A stretch of 53,024 bases of DNA from a phage: sequence record PZ386956.1; one strand, given 5' to 3'. The stretch's first letter is position 1, and each line of letters starts with the position of its first letter. Made by a program: the position numbers and the translations under genes. Under the pieces are notes generated by a model. It was not told the DNA's origin, made no database searches, and saw nothing but the letters and a program-made list of their open reading frames with translations. This document shows, piece by piece, positions 47,354 through 53,024 of this stretch.

Positions 47354-47394
47354 CAATCATGAACTATCACAACTTTGGATAGTTCATTGTTGAA
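47354..47394 (-). repeat. conserved intergenic hairpin, copy 2 (compensatory stem)
   Basis: CAATCATGA-ACTATC-acaacttt-GGATAGTT-CATTGTTGAA: same flanks as copies 1 and 3 but a different, still complementary, stem. Confidence 0.55.
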
Positions 47395-47395
47395 A

Positions 47396-47569
47396 CTATA
47401 CTAACTTTGTTGCGATCTGAATTGTCAGCCGGAAATCTTCCATCAAGTTATCAAACTCTTTGGAACCGCCAACCGCATCAGATATTTGATCTTTCACGAT
47501 TTGGGCATTTGATTCCAGTAATTCAATCAGGTGCGCCAATTCGTCTTCAGTCAATTTCAGATCTTTCAT
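47396..47569 (-). CDS. hypothetical protein
   Basis: Start ATG 47569 overlapping upstream stop (ATGA); 57 aa. Confidence 0.4.
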   Translation of the reverse strand: MKDLKLTEDELAHLIELLESNAQIVKDQISDAVGGSKEFDNLMEDFRLTIQIATKLV

Positions 47570-47823
47570 AATGCATCCACCCAAGCCATAACTTTTGCCA
47601 GTCTTACAACGTCTTCATGGTCCCGATCGCCATCAGAAAATTCGCTGGCGATGATACCCATAATTGACGCCAGATTCATGTTGATGATGTACGAGTGTTC
47701 CCGCACTTCATCAATTCCTGAATCTATCACCAATTCCGCAAATTCCTGCGAACCTTCATCCCATTCAGCCCAATACTGCTCAGCATAAAAGTCCAGTTCT
47801 TTTTTCATCTCAATATCAGTCAT
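47566..47823 (-). CDS. hypothetical acidic protein
   Basis: 85-aa ORF, acidic. Confidence 0.45.
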   Translation of the reverse strand: MTDIEMKKELDFYAEQYWAEWDEGSQEFAELVIDSGIDEVREHSYIINMNLASIMGIIASEFSDGDRDHEDVVRLAKVMAWVDAL

Positions 47824-47828
47824 TTTGA

Positions 47829-47987
47829 TTACTCCTCAGAACCTGAAAATTTGTCGTCAATGGTTTCAACGATATAATCAAGAGTTGAAGTGTGAGAACT
47901 ATCAGAAAAAGTGCCCATCTTCTCTAACTCAATCATCATATCCCGCAAAGCCATCGCCTGGTCTTTGGTCAGTTTGATTTTAAGCAT
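47829..47987 (-). CDS. hypothetical protein
   Basis: Start ATG 47987 (GGAG RBS, MLKIKLTKDQ...); 52 aa; track start 48029 lies inside hairpin GATGGCACT-acttg-AGTGCCATC. Confidence 0.35.
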   Translation of the reverse strand: MLKIKLTKDQAMALRDMMIELEKMGTFSDSSHTSTLDYIVETIDDKFSGSEE

Positions 47988-48051
47988 GTTTCTCTCCTGT
48001 TGATTGTGAATAATTTCAATTGATGGCACTACTTGAGTGCCATCTCAAAAA

Positions 48052-48621
48052 TTACTCTTCAGTTTCTTGTGCTTCAGTTTCAGGTTTTTCTTCAGTCTCA
48101 GGTTTTTCGCCTGTTACTGATTTGCCCTCAGTCACTTTACCAGATTTTACATCATTACGGTAATATGACATATAGGATTGGACAACACGTTTTGCCCTAA
48201 TATCATCCGCTTCCATCCCACAGGCTTTCATGGCATCAGCCAGCGCCAATTTGGAATCTTCTTTGTCCATCAAGTTGTAATCCTTGAATACTGCATAGCA
48301 TGTATCCTTGGTTGACGGACCGGATGAAGTTTTGCGGGTGCCACCTGCAGATGCACGTGATGCCGCAACTTTGACCTCTTCAACTTCCAGTTGGTTAAGC
48401 TCATCAAACAAGGCTTTCACCAGCACTTCTTTGGAGTCTTTGACAGTTACAGAACTTTCATCATTAAGGGACTTAATCATCTTAATGATCTGGTTATTGG
48501 CAAAGTACTGAAGACTATCCATCTGCACTACAATAGTCCCAAGACTTTCAGTAGTCAGACCAGATTTTACAGACTCAACAGAAAAGGCGGAAGTCAGGTA
48601 AACATAGTTGATAGTAGTCAT
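48052..48621 (-). CDS. hypothetical protein with acidic PETEE-repeat tail
   Basis: Start ATG 48621 (MTTINYVYL...); 189 aa; C-terminus EKPETEEKPETEAQETEE. Confidence 0.5.
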   Translation of the reverse strand: MTTINYVYLTSAFSVESVKSGLTTESLGTIVVQMDSLQYFANNQIIKMIKSLNDESSVTVKDSKEVLVKALFDELNQLEVEEVKVAASRASAGGTRKTSSGPSTKDTCYAVFKDYNLMDKEDSKLALADAMKACGMEADDIRAKRVVQSYMSYYRNDVKSGKVTEGKSVTGEKPETEEKPETEAQETEE

Positions 48622-48677
48622 TGATGTATCCTCATTGATAGAATTTTTGATAAGTGTCAATCCTTGACAAGTAAGTC

Positions 48678-48715
48678 CAATCATGAGGACTTTTACCAAG
48701 TCCCCATTGTTGGAA
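48678..48715 (-). repeat. conserved intergenic hairpin, copy 3
   Basis: CAATCATGAGGACTTTTACCAAGTCCCCATTGTTGGAA immediately 3' of the stop of gene 48717..48890. Confidence 0.55.
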
Positions 48716-48716
48716 A

Positions 48717-48890
48717 TTACTTCAATTTATCCAGAATTGATTGGAGTAACTTGACCCTCACTTCCTGGTCTTTGACATCCCTTCCACTTTCCCTGTCATA
48801 TTCCAACAGGTCACTTTCCATAAATAAGGTTGTGTCCAGTTGGTCAACCAATAATTCCAGTTCTTCTTGGGACAATTCTAAAACTTTCAT
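48717..48890 (-). CDS. hypothetical protein
   Basis: Start ATG 48890 (AGGAG RBS, MKVLELSQEE...); 57 aa, acidic helical. Confidence 0.4.
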   Translation of the reverse strand: MKVLELSQEELELLVDQLDTTLFMESDLLEYDRESGRDVKDQEVRVKLLQSILDKLK

Positions 48891-48894
48891 CTTA

Positions 48895-49044
48895 TTACTC
48901 CTGATATTTAACAACTTGGGATTGGATAAAGTCAACACAATCTTCCACATCCATTGACTCAAAGTCTGGAACTGGACCAGTATTTATATTGACACACCAA
49001 AGCCCTTCATTGGTATCATACCAAAGTGTGTAGTTGTCCTTCAT
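48895..49044 (-). CDS. hypothetical protein
   Basis: Start ATG 49044 (AGAGGTG RBS, MKDNYTLWYD...); 49 aa; track GTG start 49098 is an alternative. Confidence 0.35.
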   Translation of the reverse strand: MKDNYTLWYDTNEGLWCVNINTGPVPDFESMDVEDCVDFIQSQVVKYQE

Positions 49045-49428
49045 AATAGTCACCTCTTGTATTAGTTTCCAGTTGTGACTACTGTTACCAATAGTCACTG
49101 GTTGAAACTATTACTAGTGTTACTATCAACAAGAAACATGTTACCAAATTGTTAAAGAGCAAAAGGTACCATTGACATCTACCAGATGTACCTGTTGACT
49201 GGTTAAGTACTACCTACCCAAATTAAACCATACCAATACCCTCCAGACCAGTTGACTGGTCACTCAGTCATCACATTCAATAAATATATAATAGTCCAAT
49301 CCCTCTTGATTGTACACCTTATATTTGTAAGTTTATGCAAGTTTTTAGAAATGATAATCACTTGCGGTTGAGAGTGGTTCTCATATACAATTGATATAGT
49401 TTCACATGTAATTACTCAACTCAAAATG

Positions 49429-49483
49429 GTCGGCAGGGGTTATAATAACATAGGGGTGCCACTCGAAGGAGCCGGCGAAATTA
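49429..49483. repeat. 55-nt imperfect direct repeat, copy A
   Basis: GGTCGGCAGGGGTTATAATAACATAGGGGTGCCACTCGAAGGAGCCGGCGAAATT; about 65-70% identical to copy B. Confidence 0.45.
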
Positions 49484-49604
49484 TTTCTAAAAATATAATT
49501 TCAATCTGAATTATAGACGCTTTGTACTATAACGGCCGAAGTAGTTCACCCGGTAATTGTATCAATCACAATAGTTACCAGAGTAATCATTTCAATTGAA
49601 ATAG

Positions 49605-49659
49605 GTGCGGCGGGGGGTAATTTCGCAAGGGTGCTACCTGCCAGGAGCCAGCAAAATTT
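49605..49659. repeat. 55-nt imperfect direct repeat, copy B
   Basis: GGTGCGGCGGGGGGTAATTTCGCAAGGGTGCTACCTGCCAGGAGCCAGCAAAATT followed by T-rich run; shares GGGTGC.AC...AGGAGCC.GC.AAATT core with copy A. Confidence 0.45.
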
Positions 49660-49879
49660 TTTATTTTTTCTCTATTTTCTCCTTATCAGGACCAATCATC
49701 ATCAGATTGATACAACAGGAGCTAACCTTTTGCCTAACACAATAATAAGTGAAGCCCCTCTAAAATTTTTTTATATTTTTCGGAAATTGTGTAGACACTC
49801 ACTAAAAAGTGGTGTACTTTCTCTCCTCCACGCGCTATCATTAATGTGAATCATCAAACGGCCTCACGGTCTCCTACTT

Positions 49880-50377
49880 GTGGGTAACATTATGAAAATT
49901 GTTCAATTAGAGCCATATCCACCTCAATTGGCTATCGTTTGTAGTGAAAAAGAGCACGAAGAGCTCCAAAAACTGATGGATTTGCCTGATTTTGGCAACT
50001 GGAATGACCGGGAAACGCGTAATGCATCTACCTTTACGTTCACTCGCGTTAACTATCCGTACCTGTTAATCGTCGTCGAACTGTATCACCCGGACGACCT
50101 GAAGTACAACACCATTTCCCACGAAGGCATTCACGTAATGTCGTCGCTGATGAACTATGTAGGGCTTAAATACGACCCAGAAAACGATGAATGGTACGCA
50201 TATCAGCACGATTTCATCGTAAATGCCATTTGTAAGGCCCATGACGAGTACCTGGAGCGCAAAAAAGCGCCAAAACATAAGCCAAAAATCGAAACAGGTA
50301 ACCATCCTGCAATACTGCCACAAGACGTAATGAACTCGCTTTTGACTGACACTACTGGGGACTTTTTAGGTGATTAA
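49880..50377 (+). CDS. HExxH-motif protein (putative Zn-metallopeptidase-like)
   Basis: 165-aa ORF (GTG start; ATG 4 codons later); contains HEGIH in a helix-like context (TISHEGIHVMSSLMNYVG). Confidence 0.5.
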   Translation: MGNIMKIVQLEPYPPQLAIVCSEKEHEELQKLMDLPDFGNWNDRETRNASTFTFTRVNYPYLLIVVELYHPDDLKYNTISHEGIHVMSSLMNYVGLKYDPENDEWYAYQHDFIVNAICKAHDEYLERKKAPKHKPKIETGNHPAILPQDVMNSLLTDTTGDFLGD

Positions 50378-51044
50378 TATTATCTTCGCAATGGGCCAAA
50401 ATGGGGAATTCGGGTTATCTCCGGAGTTTATGAAGCATCAGGTTGACTCGTGCAAGACCATGGAAGAGGTTCGTGCGCTTCCTAAATCTGGTCTACCCTG
50501 GAAATGTCCGTCAGACATGCTATTTTTCAGGACTATGACTAATTCAATTGCGACAGAACCAGGCTATAATGCATATCAGCAACTACGTGGACAGTTCCCA
50601 CAAGACCAGTTGCGAAACATGATAGCAGATGTAACGGTAAAAATGGTAGGACATAGCGTATTGTTAGCCGGTCGTAACACGTATATGACTATGAGTCTGC
50701 CTATGTCAGCCCACAGAATACTGCTGCCGGTATCACGTCAGATTATGGCTTCAGAAGGCTACAATAATTTGGGTGAGATGGCAGCAGACCTTGAATCCAG
50801 AGGTACTGACGTCTGGATTGTAGGTGGTGCCGAGTTGATACTTTCGGCCCTTGAAGAACACGCAAAAGACTTACTCCGTATCGACAACATGTTTATCAGT
50901 ACGATCAAGCAATCAGGTCCAAGTGATATTTTAATGGATCGTAGCAAATTAATGATGTACATTGATAGCGACTTCACTTATAATGATGAATATGTTGATA
51001 ACAAACAAGTTCTGATACAACGGTACAGGAGTTTACACGAATGA
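50370..51044 (+). CDS. dihydrofolate reductase-like protein
   Basis: 224 aa; DHFR-like N-terminus (MINIIFAMGQNGEFG...LPWKCPSDMLFFRTMT), (V)LLAGRNTY and WIVGGAEL blocks; has an insertion relative to bacterial DHFR. Confidence 0.55.
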   Translation: MINIIFAMGQNGEFGLSPEFMKHQVDSCKTMEEVRALPKSGLPWKCPSDMLFFRTMTNSIATEPGYNAYQQLRGQFPQDQLRNMIADVTVKMVGHSVLLAGRNTYMTMSLPMSAHRILLPVSRQIMASEGYNNLGEMAADLESRGTDVWIVGGAELILSALEEHAKDLLRIDNMFISTIKQSGPSDILMDRSKLMMYIDSDFTYNDEYVDNKQVLIQRYRSLHE

Positions 51045-51547
51045 ACATCATAATCGAGGGTCCCGATAATGCTGGTAAAAGTACACTTATTGAGTTCCTT
51101 AAATCTCATACTGGCCGCAGTGTTACTCATAATACTGTTGACAAAGATCCCGAATCGGTCATGGCTAAACAGACCAAAGAAAACGCGCTGGAAGGCGATT
51201 GCATTTATGACCGTAGCGCTGTTATATCTGAGTATATCTATTGCCTGGTTCTTCAACGTACGCCTGTCATCAATATTAATGTATCACATGTAGCAGATAT
51301 GTGTGACAACGCCATCGTTATCTTTTGTATGCCGCCTGTTGAAAAGGTACTGGCAACTACAAAAGACGAGATGCCTGGCGTTGTGGAAAATCTTGAGGCG
51401 TTATACAATCAGTATGACAACCTCATTGACGAGCTGGTTATGATGAGTAAGCAGTTCTTCATTTACGACTGGACTGTTGAAGAAGACGGTCCTGAAGCAG
51501 TTCTAGAATATATCAACGAACGTATTAATAAGGAGTGGAACAAATGA
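51041..51547 (+). CDS. thymidylate-kinase-like P-loop (d)NMP kinase
   Basis: 168 aa; P-loop IIIEGPDNAGKST resembles Tmk IEG.EG.GK(S/T)T; ATGA-coupled to DHFR-like gene. Confidence 0.6.
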   Translation: MNIIIEGPDNAGKSTLIEFLKSHTGRSVTHNTVDKDPESVMAKQTKENALEGDCIYDRSAVISEYIYCLVLQRTPVININVSHVADMCDNAIVIFCMPPVEKVLATTKDEMPGVVENLEALYNQYDNLIDELVMMSKQFFIYDWTVEEDGPEAVLEYINERINKEWNK

Positions 51548-52263
51548 GCCCAGTATACAATAGCACAATCACACTGTCAGCAACCGTAGGCGACGTCAAC
51601 AAGACCGTTACTGTGGGTTCAACTAACCCAAACCTGTCAGGTGAAGACCTGCTGCGCCTGGCCAAACGTGCTCTTGAAGATAACGAAGTGACTGGTACTG
51701 AAGGTGTCAGCATCGAAATTAACGTCGAAGGATGTCCACACAGCATCAGTATTGCGACCTCTTCATTGCCGGATGATGAAACTCGTGAACAGCTGGAAAC
51801 CAAAAAGTTCAACGACGAGCTGGAATATCGTACTGGTGAGATGTTTAGCAGTGCGCTAAACTGGTACTTGTGCAAGGCCTCGGGTTATACTGGTGCTCCT
51901 ATGTCAGACCGCATGTTAGCTGATATGTCAGCACGTGAAATAGCTAAAGGCTGGGCGCATGTACAGATGTTACAGGAGCATATCTGCAAGCTGGAAAGCT
52001 GCAATAAAGATGCGTCTGAGCTTATCACTGCCTATAAACGGCAGATTACCGACCTGCAGCAACTGATGAGCAAGCGTGCTGAAGAATATGAGGCTGAGAT
52101 TCGTAGCCTTAATGGTACAGCTGTTGCTAACAACCGTGCTTTCAGCGAAGAGCGTAAAGCGCTTATTGCCCAGCGTGACGCTGAAAAACGTCGTGCAGAC
52201 GACCTGGCTGACCGTCTCAACTTTATCCGTAAGCATATGGATGCTATGGAAGGGGTAATCTGA
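51544..52263 (+). CDS. hypothetical coiled-coil protein
   Basis: Start ATG 51544 (AGGAG RBS; ATGA overlap with kinase stop); 239 aa, C-terminal half helical/charged. Confidence 0.5.
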   Translation: MSPVYNSTITLSATVGDVNKTVTVGSTNPNLSGEDLLRLAKRALEDNEVTGTEGVSIEINVEGCPHSISIATSSLPDDETREQLETKKFNDELEYRTGEMFSSALNWYLCKASGYTGAPMSDRMLADMSAREIAKGWAHVQMLQEHICKLESCNKDASELITAYKRQITDLQQLMSKRAEEYEAEIRSLNGTAVANNRAFSEERKALIAQRDAEKRRADDLADRLNFIRKHMDAMEGVI

Positions 52264-52553
52264 TGGACCTGTTCGATATGGTCGAACATCCTGAAGTAAA
52301 CGGCTTGGCGGAAGCTAAGCCTTTTAACTGGGATGAATTCGTAGCAGGCAAACCTGCTGTAACCCACAACGGGCAGATTGCATATTACGGAGGCCATAGC
52401 GAACATCCGATGTGCACTCACCTGTACAACGCTATAACAACCATAACCGACGAAAACGTTATTAAATACGGAAAAGAGGTAATGCCTTTTCTTGTAGATG
52501 AGCGCGGTTACTTCGAAGGTAAATGGTTCCCATTTCTGGTAGAAATGGCCTAA
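52263..52553 (+). CDS. hypothetical protein
   Basis: 96-aa ORF, TGATG-coupled to upstream gene. Confidence 0.5.
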   Translation: MDLFDMVEHPEVNGLAEAKPFNWDEFVAGKPAVTHNGQIAYYGGHSEHPMCTHLYNAITTITDENVIKYGKEVMPFLVDERGYFEGKWFPFLVEMA

Positions 52554-52669
52554 AAACCGGATAAATATAAAGGCGTCTAAGCTAGTTCTTCATCTATATA
52601 AGCTACTTATTCGCCTTTCTACTGTAGACTTTCTCATCATCTCTCTAGACACTTCATTTTTATATTCTG

Positions 52670-52698
52670 TTTACTTACTTCGCGTAACTCGTTATAAT
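52670..52698 (+). promoter_or_regulatory. sigma70-type promoter TTTACT-N17-TATAAT
   Basis: TTTACT 52670-52675, 17-nt spacer, TATAAT 52693-52698, upstream of the putative small terminase gene. Confidence 0.45.
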
Positions 52699-52730
52699 CC
52701 CGACTATCCGGATTAACGAGGACGACACCC

Positions 52731-53021
52731 ATGGCAAAACCGAAAAAAACCCGTGAGGCAACAGAAGAATTGTTGGCCACGATGCGACGTATCCAGCTGG
52801 ACCCGTTGGAAGTTATGCAACGGGCTATCATACTTGCTGAACGTGAAGACGACTACAAAGCAATGATGGATGGTGCACTGGGCGTTATGCCGTACATGTA
52901 TCCTAAGCTGAAAGAATCCGTTGTCAAAGCAGACATCGACCAAAACCTGTCCGGTAATGGCGTCAACCTGAACATTACAATAGGCGACCAGAAAGTGGTA
53001 GATACTACTGGGGAAGAGTAA
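52731..53021 (+). CDS. terminase small subunit (putative)
   Basis: 96-aa basic/helical protein whose stop is 3 nt from the window end; terL begins at nt 1, so it sits directly upstream of terL if the genome is circular or permuted. Confidence 0.4.
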   Translation: MAKPKKTREATEELLATMRRIQLDPLEVMQRAIILAEREDDYKAMMDGALGVMPYMYPKLKESVVKADIDQNLSGNGVNLNITIGDQKVVDTTGEE

Positions 53022-53024
53022 TAA

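Noticed and set aside
49429-49659. Possible CRISPR array or sigma-54 promoters in the divergent early region
   Set aside because: Only two imperfect repeat copies with no regular spacers, so not a CRISPR array; TGGCAC-like sequence lacks the correctly spaced TTGC element.
49631-49849. 72-aa GTG-initiated ORF in the divergent intergenic region
   Set aside because: Starts inside repeat copy B, low-complexity Phe/Leu-rich translation of a T-rich tract, no RBS.
50370-51044. DHFR-like gene read as evidence against the modified-cytosine hypothesis
   Set aside because: DHFR is compatible with a canonical ThyA but also with a reductive dCMP methylase; it does not outweigh the Asn->Asp change, so the ThyA-family gene was not called a plain thymidylate synthase.
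1-53024. Integrase, repressor or attachment site indicating a prophage or mobile element
   Set aside because: No tyrosine or serine recombinase motifs, no CI-like repressor and no flanking host genes seen; every gene fits a lytic phage.

Overview
The 53,024-bp window reads as an essentially complete, gene-dense genome of a tailed dsDNA phage, laid out from the large terminase gene (1..1449) to a putative small terminase gene (52731..53021). No integrase or repressor is visible, so it is probably virulent. All calls rest on motif recognition and gene order by eye; no database search was possible. ORF-track starts include GTG/TTG shown as M, so several starts were moved to the first ATG/GTG with a Shine-Dalgarno match; hand-indexed coordinates for non-CDS features may be off by 1-2 nt.

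Layout:
- 1-26006 (+): head genes (terminase, portal, scaffold, capsid, neck), a neck-proximal insertion (985-aa protein plus two Big_2 Ig-like repeat proteins), a Mu/P2-like contractile tail (sheath, tube, chaperone, tape measure, baseplate, fibre, two Tfa chaperones), then holin, SAR endolysin and overlapping spanins.
- 26022-41601 (-): replication and nucleotide metabolism (TraR/DksA-like, family-A DNA polymerase, ThyA-family enzyme, MazG-like, SF2 helicase, Cas4-like exonuclease, dCMP deaminase, SSB-like, Sak4-like ATPase, many unknowns), interrupted by a ~570-bp ORF-free structured region.
- 41671-45958 (+): AEP-primase/SF3-helicase, an AT-rich gap with ACCGGA repeats, Bro-N and VRR-NUC-like genes.
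- 45955-49098 (-): about ten tiny early ORFs separated by a conserved hairpin family.
- 49880-53021 (+): HExxH protein, DHFR-like, thymidylate-kinase-like kinase, unknowns, putative terS.

Most interesting observations:
1. The only ThyA-family enzyme has Asp where dUMP-specific thymidylate synthases have Asn (LPFNI -> LPHDI), predicting a dCMP-modifying enzyme and possibly modified cytosine in the DNA.
2. The ORF-free region 31506-32070 holds three consecutive ~87-nt elements closed by long near-perfect stems.
3. A -1 frameshift site (T_TTT_TTC) sits in the tail assembly chaperone.
4. A recurring promoter consensus TTTACN-N17-TATAAT, often embedded in palindromes.
5. An iteron-like ACCGGA array next to the primase-helicase gene (candidate origin).
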